Shown here: positions 10,003 to 22,664 of the stretch, in pieces
Numbering within the stretch: the first letter of the stretch is position 1
Layout: every line of letters starts with the position of its first letter
Assembly: GCA_002269645.1 (NCBI GenBank)
Contig: NIVC01000105.1
Location: 907,992-971,991, forward strand
Direction of reading: 5' to 3'
From: Macrostomum lignano
Lineage: Eukaryota
Length of the DNA stretch: 64,000 bases
The notes under the pieces: model-generated
The model's input: only the letters and a program-made list of their open reading frames with translations
Database searches by the model: none
What the model was told of the DNA's origin: nothing
Translations under genes and position numbers: made by a program

Positions 10003-11868
10003 GAGTAAAAAGAAACAGCAAATTGCATTGAGCATGATGCAGAAGTTAATGAGAGCCTGCATCTCAAAGAATTTGCCGCCAGGCAATACTGGCAATGCGG
10101 ACTTGCAATCCAACAACAATAACAACAACTGCAGTCACTATGGTAATAACGGTGCCAAGCCGGGGTCCTCTTGCCGGCCTCAAGAACAGCCTGATGCAGA
10201 GGCCAGCTCTCCAGTTCAAACGCGTCGCAAGCATCAGCGCTGGCATCATAAAAGTTTGACTCTTAGTTTGATTCGGTCGCCCTGGAGACGCAGCAATGCG
10301 GATAACAATAACAAAGACTCGAAGAAGCAGGAACTGCAGTGCAACAGTAGCCAATCTGTGGCAGGCGACAGCAGCAGCTTCAGCCAATCATTGACAACTC
10401 GATCAGTCACTATGGACCATTTCCCTAATCCTGTGGCGCCATCTGCCACGCAAGAGTCTGTCACGCCGACTTCTCCGGCATTGCCTTGTCAGCCTCTAGC
10501 TGAGCAAGATGCCCCAGTAGTGGAATCTACAGTTAGCAGCCGTGGTGGCAGCTACCGGGATTATAAATCAACTAGGAACAGTTATATTAGCGAGCCAAGA
10601 CAGCTGGGCAGCAGCTTCAATCCGGATAATTATCGCCGGCCAAACAACTTGCCATTGTTGAAGATGCATCAGCTGCAACTGTCGCAGCAGGCTGGTCGGA
10701 GTCGGGCAGTGCCCGCTGCAGCTGCTAGCAGGTGCGTGTTGTACTACTCGCTAGACAACGTTCGCATCAGTAGTATAGTTAGGATGTTTTAGTTTTTTAT
10801 TAAAATAAGTTAAATATGAATAAATGTTATATGGTTGTTTCAGTGTGTCAAAGGGAATTCCTCCCCTGTGTCGAAGGGAATTCCTTCTGTATCTAAGGGG
10901 ATTCCGCCTCTGTATATAAAGTATTTCCTTCTGTCTATATAAAGGAATTCCTCCTTGGCATATAAGGGAATTCCTCCCCTGTATATAAGATAATTCCTCC
11001 ATTTTTATAAGGGAATTCCTTTCCTATTATAAAGGAATTCCTCTCCTCTTTATAAGGGAATTCCTCCCCTGTATATAAGGAAATTACTCCCCTGTTTGAA
11101 GAATTTTCGCGTTGTCAATGGGAATTCTCCTGTATTTATAAAAATTATCCGTTTTGAATGGATTTCCTGGCTCGATCTCGTTTCATTTAGAAAAATCTTC
11201 CCATGCCAATTTGGCGCTAAGTATTCTTTGTTTGACTTTCACCAACCCCCCCCCCTTTCCGCAGCAGCAGTTGCAGTCCCACCGCCCCAGCCGCAGCAGC
11301 GCCGTCCAACTCGTCATTGCGCCGGCGTCGCTACGAATCCGGCGGCAGCGTCAGCGTCAACTCGGACGACCTGATGCTCGACACCGACGTTGGCAACCTG
11401 CTGGACGAAGAGGACCTGCTGTCCGAGCTGGGCACCCCCGCCGCCGAGGGTCCTCCCAGCGCCTTCCCTCCCGCAGCCGGTGCGGTCAGGACCAGCGGCA
11501 GTTTTCGTCGGACGGCGTCGCTCAGGCAGCGGCGCCAAGCGCTGCTGTCGTCTACGGCAATGTCGCACTCGATGACCTCGGCAACGCAGCAACGGCCAAG
11601 GTCGATATCGTCGCCGCCGCCGCCAGCTGATGACGCTGTGCTGGTGGGCGGGTCGGATCTGCGGCAGCTGGCTCAGGAGGCGGCGGCGATGAGGCTCGCG
11701 CTGCTGAGGCTGCGCCGCCAGCTCATGAACGACGAGCCCGTGTCGGATGCCGCCGGCTCGGGGGTGTGCGCTGCCTGCGGCCTGGACGCCAAGCGAGTTC
11801 GTCTGCTCGAGACTCGAGTAGCTGAGCTGCAAGCTGAGGCTGACCGACTGCGGACTGCGGCGGAGTAG
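10003..11868 (+). CDS. Last two coding exons of a serine-rich coiled-coil protein, CCSER1/2 (FAM190)-like
   Basis: Exon 10003-10731 (tttttag acceptor, cag|gtgcgt donor, phase 2) joins in frame to exon 11265-11868 (ctttccgcag acceptor, TAG stop). Motifs SDDLMLD and LRQLAQEAAAMRLALLRLRRQL recall the DDLMLD and coiled-coil motifs of CCSER proteins. The 5' exons were not identified. Confidence 0.6.
10847..11135. repeat. Degenerate ~24-bp intronic tandem repeat
   Basis: Repeated aagggaattcctcccctgtatat variants inside intron 10732-11264. Confidence 0.75.
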
Positions 11869-11975
11869 AGCTGCGAGGATTTGGGAGATAATCTTGGAAC
11901 TATTCTGCCTCCCCGAGGTCTTTGTTTTCTAATCCGATTATTCCAGAATCAGATTGTCATATTCCAAAAAATCTT

Positions 11976-12384
11976 AATCTTCAGATTCCTAGAAATCCCC
12001 AATCTTCAGATTCCTAGAAATCCCCAAATCTTCAGATTCCTAGAAATCCCCAATCTTCAGATTCCTAGAAATCCCCAATCTTCAGATTCTCAGAAATCCC
12101 CAAATCTTTAGATTCTTAGAAATCCCCAAATCTTTAGATTCTCAGAAATCACAAAATCTTCAGATTCTCAGAAATCCCCAAATCTTTAGATTCTCAGAAA
12201 TCACAAAATCTTCAGATTCTCAGAAATCACAAAATCTTCAGATTCTCAGAAATCCCCAAATCTTCAGATTCTCAGAAATCCCCAAATCTTCAGATTCTCA
12301 GAAATCCCCAAATCTTCAGATTCTCAGAAATCCCCAAATCTTCAGATTCTCAGAAATCCCCAAATCTTCAGATACTCAGAAATC
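11976..12384. repeat. 26-bp minisatellite
   Basis: Unit aatcttcagattctcagaaatcccca. Confidence 0.92.
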
Positions 12385-13041
12385 GCAATTTCAACTCGCA
12401 GCAGTTCCTATTAGTCACAACATGTACTTTATATAAAGCCTATTTTTATCAAATTAAAGGTCACCTGCTATCTTAATTATACTTATTATGTATTTTCATA
12501 CCAAAAATTTTAGTCAAGCCAAATGCAAGGCTTACATGGAGCACAATACATCCATCTAATCTTAAATTATTCGTGTTTTTTGCATAAATTTTCTCTGCAT
12601 GAATCTCTTTAATCAGATTTTGTTTATAGTTATTTTTAAGCATTTAACTTATTAACTCGCAGTTTCATTCTTATTTTCATTTGTATTCCACCTATTTATA
12701 AAATGCTATATTAGCACAACTGGACTGACTACTTATGGTAGAATTGCATGCAAATCAAAATTGCGTGTGGTTGGCTTTGAACTATTGTTTACATTGCTCA
12801 AACAAATTGAGGAGATCAGATTTAATTTAAATCTCTTATCTATTAGTATTTACCTGGCTTGTTTACGCATGTGACCATGGTTTATAGAGCCTTGAGATAA
12901 AAGTCAGATCGCTGTTGGTCATTTATATCTATCAGCTTGCCTTGCCTTAAGCTTGCTTAACCCATTTTGTATTTATAGCGCGATTGAGATTCGCCACGTA
13001 TAGATCAGTTCTTGGCTTTTAAGGGTGCTTTTTTCAGCTTC

Positions 13042-14155
13042 CGATTCCTTAGGGCTGTTTTGGGGTGAGGGCGATTCCTTAGGGCTGTTCTGGGGTGAGG
13101 GCGATTCCTTAGGGCTGTTCTGGGGTGAGGGCGATTCCTTAGGGCTGTTCTGGGGTGAGGGCGATTCCTTAGGGCTGTTCTGGGGTGAGGGCGATTCCTT
13201 AGGGCTGTTCTGGGGTGAGGGCGATTCCTTAGGGATGTTCTGGGTGAGGGCGATTCCTTAGGGCTGTTCTGGGGTGAGGGCGATTCCTTAGGGCTGTTCT
13301 GGGGTGAGGGCGATTCCTTAGGGATGTTCTGGGGTGAGGGCGATTCCTTAGGGCTGTTCTGGGTGAGGGCGATTCCTTAGGGCTGTTCTGGGGTGAGGGC
13401 GATTCCTTAGGGCTGTTTTGGGGTGAGGGCGATTCCTTAGGGCTGTTTTGGGGTGAGGGCGATTCCTTAGGGCTGTTCTGGGGTGAGGGCGATTCCTTAG
13501 GGCTGTTCTGGGGGTGAGGGCGATTCCTTAGGGCTGTTCTGGGGGTGAGGGCGATTTCTTAGGGCTGTTCTGGGGGTGAGGGCAATTCCTTAAGGCTGTT
13601 CTGGGGGGGGGGGTGAGGGCGATTTCTTAGAGCTGTTCTGGGGTGAGGGCGATTCCTTAGGGCTGTTCTGGGGTGAGGGCGATTCCTTAGGGCTGTTTTG
13701 GGGTGAGGGCGATTCCTTAGGGCTGTTCTGGGTGAGGGCGATTCCTTAGGGCTGTTCTGGGGTGAGGGCGATTCCTTAGGGATGTTCTGGGGTGAGGGCG
13801 ATTCCTTAGGGCTGTTCTGGGGTGAGGGCGATTCCTTAGGGCTGTTCTGGGGTGAGGGCGATTCCTTAGGGCTGTTTTGGGGTGAGGGCGATTCCTTAGG
13901 GCTGTTTTGGGGTGAGGGCGATTCCTTAGGGCTGTTCTGGGGTGAGGGCGATTCCTTAGGGCTGTTCTGGGGTGAGGGCGATTCCTTAGGGCTGTTTTGG
14001 GGTAAGGGCGATTCCTTAGGGCTGTTCTGGGGTGAGGGCGATTCCTTAGGGCTGTTCTGGGGTGAGGGCGATTCCTTAGGGCTGTTTTGGGGTGAGGGCG
14101 ATTCCTTAGGGCTGTTCTGGGGTGAAGGCGATTCCTTAGGGCTGTTTTGGGGTGA
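13042..14155. repeat. 30-bp minisatellite (about 37 copies)
   Basis: Unit gattccttagggctgttctggggtgagggc. Confidence 0.95.
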
Positions 14156-14641
14156 TTAAGTTAAGGGTTTTGATAAAAAAACAGTCTTGATCCTTAGACG
14201 GCCTAGTCTTAGTTCTATATAGCTAATAGTATGCTAATAATGCTATGCATGTTACCCATGCTTAATCGGTCGCTTAATAAACCTTTGTTGCTATTATATA
14301 TGCCTTAAAACTGCTTCCATTATGCCTAATCTTCGTGCCCAAACAAACCTGTTGTGACTAGTAAAGTATGCAGTTACTGTACGCAATATTTCCGTTGTTA
14401 AGAAAGTGCAATAATTATTTATGTCAATGATTGATTTATAACTTATGGTAACGGTCAGTCGCGCACTTGTACGATATGATAACTGATTATAACACAGATA
14501 TTCATATGCTATTGCAACACGTGCTGCAATATTATTGGCAAATTTATGTCAGGAAATGTTTTCTGCTCTTGTTTTGCAAGAAAAAAATATTCTTCAGCCA
14601 AGAAGATCTTTGTATTTTCGATTGTTCGTTTTTTAATGGAA

Positions 14642-14990
14642 GATTCTACAGGGTGTGAGGGCGATTCTACAGATGGTGTGAGGGCGATTCTACAAATGGT
14701 GTGAGGGCGATTATACAGGGTGTGAGGGCGATTCTACAGATGGTGTGAGGGCGATTCTACAGATGGTGTGAGGGCGATTCTACAGATAGTGTGAGGGCGA
14801 TTCTACAGATGGTGTGAGGGCGATTCTGCAGAGGGTGTGAGGGCGATTCTGCAGAAAGTGAGAGGCGATTCTACAAGGGTGTGAAGGCGATTCTATAGAA
14901 AGTGTGAGGGCGATATTCTACAGAGGGTGTAAGGGCGAGTTTTCAGTGGGTGTGAGGGCGATGTTACAGAGAATGATGGGGCTATTCTAC
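14642..14990. repeat. ~23-bp minisatellite
   Basis: Unit gtgtgagggcgattctacagatg, decaying toward the right. Confidence 0.85.
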
Positions 14991-15290
14991 AGACTATAAG
15001 AATTCAGATTCTTACTGGAACGATTGTGGAGATACGTAGCTCTCCGTAAAACTACATGTATAACTCACTTGAGGCTATACGAAATAATTTTCATATTTCT
15101 TGAAACCGTGGATATCTAGAGTCGCTAAATTCCTTCCTTCCGCAGTCAAGAATTTCGCAGTGGATTGCCGCATTCTGTGTAATTGCTGCAATTTCTGCGA
15201 TAGATATTCTCAGTATTTTAGACTTTGGCAAGAACGAGTGAGGGTTCATACGTGTGTGAACGTGATGGGTTTTTTACAAAAAAAAAACGT

Positions 15291-15895
15291 GATGGGTGAG
15301 ATGAATGAGAGCCTTCAGGATGAGAATCTTCAGGGTGAGATGAATGAGAGTCTTCAGGGTGAGATGAATGATATTCTTCAGGGTGAGATGAATGAGAGTC
15401 TTCAGGGTGAGATGAATGATATTCTTCAGGGTGAGATAAATGAGAGTCTTCAGGGTGAGATAAATGAGAGTCTTCAGGGCGAGATGAATGATATTCTTCA
15501 GGGTGAGATAAATGAGAGTCTTCAGGGTGAGATGAATGATATTCTTCAGGGTGAGATGAATGATATTCTTCAGGGTGAGATGAATGATATTCTTCAGGGT
15601 GAGATGAATGAGAGTCTTCAGGGTGAGATGAATGAGAGTCTTCAGGGTGAGATGAATGAGAGTCTTCAGGGTAATATGAATGAGAGTCTTCAGGGTGAGA
15701 TGAATGAGAGTCTTCAGGGTGAGATGAATGAAAGTCTTCAGGGTGAGATGAATGAGAGTCTTCAGGGTGAGATGAATGAGAGTCTTCAGGGTGAGATGAA
15801 TGAGAGTCTTCAGGGTGAGATAAATGAGAGTCTTCAGGGTGAGATGAATGAGAGTCCACGGGTGAGATGAATGAGAGTCCACTGGGGAGATGCAT
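15291..15895. repeat. 24-bp minisatellite
   Basis: Unit gggtgagatgaatgagagtcttca. Confidence 0.93.
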
Positions 15896-16304
15896 GAGAG
15901 TTGCTGATATCTCTATGCATCGGTAAATACACGCACACATGTCATACAGGTAATCTGCGCGACTATAATATGCATGGCAGGCTCAGTAGCCCAAGCTGCT
16001 GCCCGAGAAAACAGGGGGGCCCAACGTGTCTTCTCGGGTTGCCGCCCATCCCCCCCCCCAACCCTGTGAAGCGATATGTGCCGGCCGAGAATAGAATAAC
16101 CAAGCGCAAGCATCTGAGGAGATGGGAAGCGATTATAAATTATAATTCAGAGCCGAGTCCAGCCATTGGACGGCAAGGTTCGAGAGCCGTGCGGTGGCTT
16201 AAATATACAGATGCATGCTTTTTAGCCCCCCCTGCTCACCTGCACATGTTTAATTTGATTCCCATTTCCAACCGTGTGAGCCGTGTTGTTGTTGCTGGGA
16301 GAAC

Positions 16305-16471
16305 ATGTGGGGCCGCAATCAGAGCATTCGGTCTCAAGGCGGAGGCGGCGGATTCTATGGCCTGAACTCCAGCTCGGCTGGTTACAATCGGCGCAGTTTT
16401 GGCTCAGCTCTGGGGGGCCAGACGGTGACTTCCAGGTCTTCCTCGCTGCACCGGGCCAAGTCGGACTCCAG
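16305..16471 (+). CDS. Candidate first coding exon (MWGRNQSIRSQGGGGGFYGLNSSSAGYNRRSF...HRAKSDS)
   Basis: ATG at 16305, 55 open codons with GC-rich coding-like composition, then a strong donor CAG|GTGAGG at 16472 (phase 2). The partner exon is not established. Confidence 0.45.
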
Positions 16472-16624
16472 GTGAGGGAACTGATCGAATTTGTGATTGA
16501 CATTTTCATCTCGTGAATTGATGGTTAATCTGTGAACTCTAACCTAGCTGCCAATATTTATCTGTCCCATGAGTTCATTCTGAAAGTGTGAATGTTAGTT
16601 GACATGTATGAATGTGTGAATATA

Positions 16625-17010
16625 TTCTGTGAATAGACAATGCATGTGTGAATCAATTCCGTGAATAGATCATGAATGTGTGAACCAATTCTGTGAATAG
16701 ATCATGAATGTGTGAACCAATTCTGTGAATAGATCATGAATGTGTTAATCTATTCCGTGATTAGATCATGAATGTGTTAATCTATTCCGTGATTAGATCA
16801 TGAATGTGTGAATCAATTCCGTGAATAGTTAATGAATGTGTGATTCAATTCCGTGGATAGATAATGAATGTGTGATTCAATTCCGTGGATAGATAATGAA
16901 TGTGTGAATCTATTCTGTGAATAGATCATGAATGTGTGAATCCATTCCGTGAGTATATCATGACTGTGTGAATCAGTTCTGTGAATAGATAATTAATGTG
17001 TGAAATGTGT
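16625..17010. repeat. 32-bp minisatellite
   Basis: Unit gtgaatagatcatgaatgtgtgaaccaattct. Confidence 0.88.
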
Positions 17011-17239
17011 GAATTTTTTAGTTCATCCCGTGAATATATAAATTTAGTGACTGTGATTCCTCCTCTCTTGTCCAATTCAATAACAACTTCTTTGCTAAGC
17101 TTGTTTTTTATCAACTTTTCGTGTCTCCCCCGGTTGACAATACAAAAAAGTAAAAAAGCAGCTCATTAGGGAAAGAAAACTTGAAGCAGGCATTCCTGAC
17201 TTGCTCGAATTTCAGGGCTTAAAGACGGCATCGGGAGCC

Positions 17240-18030
17240 ACTCTCTCCTCCCCTTCTTTGCTAAGAGTAGCCTCTCCCCTCTCCTTTCTCTCTCCTCTCC
17301 CCTCTCCTCTCGCCTTCTCCTCTCCCCATCGATCACCTCTCTTATCTCCTCTCTCCCTTCTCATTTCTCCTCTCTCTTCTGTCCCCTCTCCTCTCCCCTC
17401 TCCCCTCTCCTCTCCCCTCTCCCTCTCCTCTCCCCTCTCCCCTCTCCTCTCCCTCTCCTTTCCCCTCTCCCCTCTCCTCTCCTCTCCCCTCTCCCCTCTC
17501 CCCTCTCCTCTCCCCTCTCCTCTCCCCTCTCCTTTCCCCTCTCCTTTCCCCTCTCCTCTCCCTCTCCCCTCTCCTTTCCCTCTCCTTTCCCCTCTCCTTT
17601 CCCCTCTCCTCTCCCCTCTCCCCTCTCCTTTCCCCTCTCCTTTCCCCTCTCCTCTCCCCTCTCCCCTCCCCTCTCCTCTCCCCTCTCCCCTCCCCTCTCC
17701 TCTCCCCTCTCCTCTCCCCATTCCCCTCCCCTCTCCTCTCCCCTCTCCCCTCCCCTCTCCTCTCCCCTCTCCTCTCCCCACTCCCTCCCCTCTCCTCTCC
17801 CCTCTCCCCTCCCCTCTCCTCTCCCTCTCCTCTCCCCTCTCCTCTCCCCTCTCCTCTCCCCTCTCCTCTCCCCTCTCCTCTCCCCTCTCCTCTCCCCTCT
17901 CCTCTCCCGTCTCCCCCCTCCCCCCTCCCCTCCCCTCTCCTCCCCATCTCTAATCCCCTATCTCCCCTCTCCTCTCTTTCTCCTCTCTTCTCTGCCCTCT
18001 CCTTTCTCCATCTCCCCTCTCCCCTATCGT
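17240..18030. repeat. C/T-rich low-complexity array
   Basis: Variants of ccctctcctctc; almost purely pyrimidine on the plus strand. Confidence 0.9.
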
Positions 18031-18715
18031 GTCTCTTTCATCTCACTTACGTTTGATCTCCTTAGTATTTTATATTGCCGCTCCCGTTTGAACGTCTGTC
18101 TGTATCGATACGGTCAGGCAAGGCAGCAGATAAGCTTATTACCGAAATGGTGCGAATATTTACACGCAGTTAATAAGGCTGGCTGCATTTGCTTAAAAGT
18201 ACAAAACTGGCTGCAAAGGAAGGCAGCAGGAAGCTGCACTCCGCTGGGCGTGTCTAAGAGAAGCTCAATGGAAAGTGGGCGAGCAATGCAGGCTCGTAGG
18301 CTGCAGCTTATGAGCTTAGCTGGATGCCTATTTGGCGGGAGTCTGCTTCTGCACAAGACGGCTTCCTCTTCGAAGAGTCATTTCCAGTCAATGAGCATTG
18401 AGAGAGACAGGGGGGGAGAGTTCGTCTGAGCTAGGCGCCTCTTGTGTGCTGGAGGAAAAACATTCAGAGATCTGGCACACAGGCAGGTAGCTAATCGAAC
18501 GGGTTTCGAGCAGCAATAGACGGTCAGCTGTGATAGCTGCTTGCCCTAGCAACAGGATCAATTTCCCTTATCATGGAACTTTAGAAACGAACTCTACAGA
18601 AACTCTAAAAGATGAAGACACTGGTAACGGAAGTGCATCAGATGGTTAAGTGACTCTAGGTGGAGTTTTAGCAGACTGGGCTGAAAACGAAGGTGCAATA
18701 AAGGCAAGTATAGCC

Positions 18716-19095
18716 TAGGAGAGGGAATGGGTGACAGGGAAGAGGAAGAGAGGGGAGAGAGGGGAGAGAGGAAAGAGAGGGAGAGAGGGAAGAAGAGGAA
18801 AGAGGGGAGAGGGGGAGAGAGGGGAGAGAGGGAGAGAGGAGGAGAGGGGAGAGAGGGGAAAAGTTGGAGAGGGGAGAGAGGTCAGAGAGGGAGAGAGGGG
18901 AGAGAGGGAAGAGAGGGGAGACACGGAGAGAGGATAGAGGGGGAGAGAGGAGAGAGAGGGGAGAGAGCGGAGAGAGGGTGGAGAGGGGAAAAAGTTCGAG
19001 AGGGGAGAGAGGTCAGAGAGGGGCGAGAGGGAGAGAAGGGAGAAGAGGGAGAGGGGAGGGGAGAAGGGAGAGAGCGGAGAGAGGGGGAGGGGGAG
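18716..19095. repeat. G/A-rich low-complexity array
   Basis: Variants of ggagagagg; almost purely purine on the plus strand. Confidence 0.9.
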
Positions 19096-19403
19096 AATGA
19101 AGATTTGCAAGCAGAAACACTTCAAATTAGCGAGCAGGAAGGTTATTTTGCGCTTTTTTTCAACCGCGAGTGTTCATGCGTAAGGATTTCTTTTCTCTAT
19201 TCTTAAGTAGCAAAAAGCATTCATTTTCCTCTTTACTAATTAGGCCAACCTCGAGCAGCCGAGAGCTCTGCCGTGAGCACAAAGTGCTTGTAAATTAATG
19301 GCGTATTGAATAAAGCCTTCCTAAATTGTGCGCCACTGCCTTTTAATGGACTAATTCACTACTGTTCTCAGTAGCATTCACAGTAGTATTATCAGAGTAT
19401 CTC

Positions 19404-19830
19404 TGTGGCGCTAATCTGGGATTTCATTATGGCACCGATCTGGAATCTCATTATGGCGCCGATCTGGGATTTCATTGTGGCGCTAATCTGGGATTTCATT
19501 ATGGCACCGATCTGGGATTTCATTGTGGCACCGATCTGAGATTTCATTGTGGCGCCGATCTGGGATTTCATTGTGGCGCCGACCTGAGATTTCATTGTGG
19601 CGCCGACCTGGGATCTCATTATGGCGCCGACCTGGGATCTCAATGTGGCGCCAATCTGGGATTTCATTGTGGCGCCGACCTGAGATTTCATTGTGGCGCC
19701 GATCTGAGATTTCATTGTGGCGCCGACCTGAGATCTCATTGTGGCGCCGACCTGAGATTTCATTGTGGCGCCGACCTGAGATTTCATTGTGGCGCCGACC
19801 TGGGATCTCATTGTGGCGCCGATCTGGGAT
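19404..19830. repeat. 24-bp minisatellite
   Basis: Unit gggatttcattgtggcgccgatct and variants. Confidence 0.92.
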
Positions 19831-20231
19831 GTCATTGGTATCTCAATTTGAGCCAATAATAATTATAATTTATCTGTGGCACAAAAGTACCAATGTGAAT
19901 CGCCTCTGTAGAAGTGAAGAGGCCCGGCAAATACGATCACTGCGATGGCAAGCCACTCAGAACCGCCACTTGCCATATTTGTTACTCAATGCAGTCTGTG
20001 CCATGCTATTATGGGGGCTGAGTGGCTGAAGATGAGATGTTTATCAATGACCTGTTTATCACCCCCACTCCCATCGGATCATAGCTACTCTTGCATTTGA
20101 GTTATTTAGTCATCAGACTTTCTGCCTGAGTAGTTTATTTAATTGCATGAAACAACTAATGCCTTCTTAAGGTTGTCTCAATTTCCGTGATCCCATTAAA
20201 TACGATTGCATCTTATATACTTTCGCTTCAT

Positions 20232-20975
20232 CCTGCATGATCCCATCCCTATCCTGCATGATCCCATCCCTACCCTATATGATCCCATCCCCATCCTATA
20301 TGATCCCATCCCCATTCTATATGAACCCATCCCCATTCTATATGATCCCGTCCCCATCCTATATGATCCCACTGCAACCTATATGATCCCACTGCAACCT
20401 ATATGATCCCATTCTTATTCTATATGATCCCATCCCTATCGAATATGATCCCATCCTAATCCTATATGATCCCATCCCCATTCTATATGATCCCGTCCCC
20501 ATCCTATATGATCCCACTGCAACCTATATGATCCCACTGCAACCTATATGATCCCATTCTTATTCTATATGATCCCATCCCTATCGAATATGATCCCATC
20601 CTAATCCTATATGATCCCATCCTCATCCTACATGATCCCATTCTCATCCTACATGATCCCATTCTCATCCTACATGATCCCATTCTCATCCTACATGATC
20701 CCATCCTCATCCTACATGATCCCATTTCCATCCTACATGATCCCATCCTCATCCTACATGATCCCATTCTCATCCTACATGATCCCATCCTCATCCTACA
20801 TGATCCCATTTCCATCCTACATGGTCCCTTTTCCATCTTATCTGATCTCATCCCCATCCTACATGATCCCATCCTCATCCTACATGATCCCATCCTTATC
20901 TGATCTCCTTTTCCTTTTCCCATTTTGCATAATCCAACTCCAATCCTTTTCTCCATGATGCCAAGCCTACATGAT
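20232..20975. repeat. 21-bp minisatellite
   Basis: Units such as atcctacatgatcccatcctc and atcctatatgatcccatcccc. Confidence 0.9.
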
Positions 20976-21624
20976 CCCATCACACATTGATTTATTAAGC
21001 ATCATCCTCTGACATGGCACTGTAGAAACTTTCACAGCCATAGTGGAGGGGCAGCCAAGTGTCCAGACTCGAAATTCACGGCCAAATCCCGGTATCAGTC
21101 GGACATCTTGAAACGCACTTCTGGCACAATGCACGAAAAGTGTGCATGCAAATGTACACATGCAGTTCCCTCGTAACCTCTTGCGCGGCTCCGCACCCAC
21201 AGGGAAGGCAGGTAAGGTTGGACACTGTTTCACCAGCAAGCAAAAGCAGAGGCCGCAAGTCTGCTTTCGGCTTTCTTCCCCAATTTCCAAAAGCTGGTAA
21301 AGGGTCGCGTCCCACGCCAAGCCCTTTGCACCAGCGTGGCGAGCGAATAAAAGGCAGCGGCAACGAATCCCTGTCTTTAACAGCCACCTCTCTGCTGTCA
21401 AGGACCTCTGATTAGGGATGGCACCTGGACTGGAAGCCGAACAATGCACGAAACTAACATCTTGGCTAAATAACTGCATCTGAGGCATCCAACTTTCTAA
21501 AAGTCCGTTGCTTGCATGATTTTAATGCATTTCTTGCGTTAAATGGAAAATAATTCCTCAGCAACAAAATCCGTCTTACACAATTCCATTCCAATCCCAT
21601 CCAACATCCCATTCATACATTATC

Positions 21625-22142
21625 CCATCCTTCATGATGCCATCCTACATGATGCCATCCTACATGATGCCATCCTACATGATGCCATCCTACATGATCC
21701 CACCCTACATGATCCCATACTACTTGATCCTATCCTACATGATCCCATACTACTTGATCCTATCCTACATGATCCCACCCTACATGATCCCATACTACTT
21801 GATCCTATCCTACATGATCCCATACTACTTGATCCTATCCTACATGATCCCACCCTACATGATCCCATACTACTTGATCCTATCCTACATGATCCCATAC
21901 TACTTGATCCTATCCTACATGATCCCATCCTACATGATCCAATACTACTTGATCCTATCCTACATGATCCCACCCTACATGATCCCATACTACTTGATCC
22001 TATCCTACATGATCCCATACTACTTGATCCTATCCTACATGATCCCATCCTACATGATCCAATACTACTTGATCCTATCCTACATGATCCCATTCTACAT
22101 GATCCCATACTACTTGATCCTATCCTACATGATCCCATCCAT
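21625..22142. repeat. 15/30-bp minisatellite related to the 21-bp array
   Basis: Core atcctacatgatccc alternates with atactacttgatcct. Confidence 0.9.
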
Positions 22143-22664
22143 AAATCCATAAATGCGGATGACTAAAAAATGACAAAATGCCGTGTGGTAGATCGAGTTT
22201 CTCCAATTCAAGTTAGCAAAGAACGGGATTTGCTACTTGCTTTAAACCCTCTTTAGTGTACAGTCCAGGTAAATCTAGAGATCCTTGTCGACTTCGCACG
22301 AAAGCCGGTTTTGGAGGCTGCTTCGGGGCGCACGGGGGTCTAACCGAGACGAGGCAGACTTATAGGCGCATAAAATCACAAGGGAAGCGTGCGGTTCGTG
22401 CAGAGCCGTAGCATCCAGAGGCCTTGGCCAACTTACTGACGAATAATTTTATCAAATAATTTAGTATCGCTAAGTATTTTGTTTAATCAGAGCCATCAAA
22501 CCGAGGCGACTTGCAGCAGGGACTCAAGCATCCGGGGTGCTGTAGCTGACTAATTTTAACTGGCGATGCGACTTGCATTGCCGGGTCACTCGTCACTCTT
22601 TGGCAATGCTTTTGTAAGTTTACAGATGCTATTTCTAGCTTATTTTGTCTTTTTAATCAAATTG

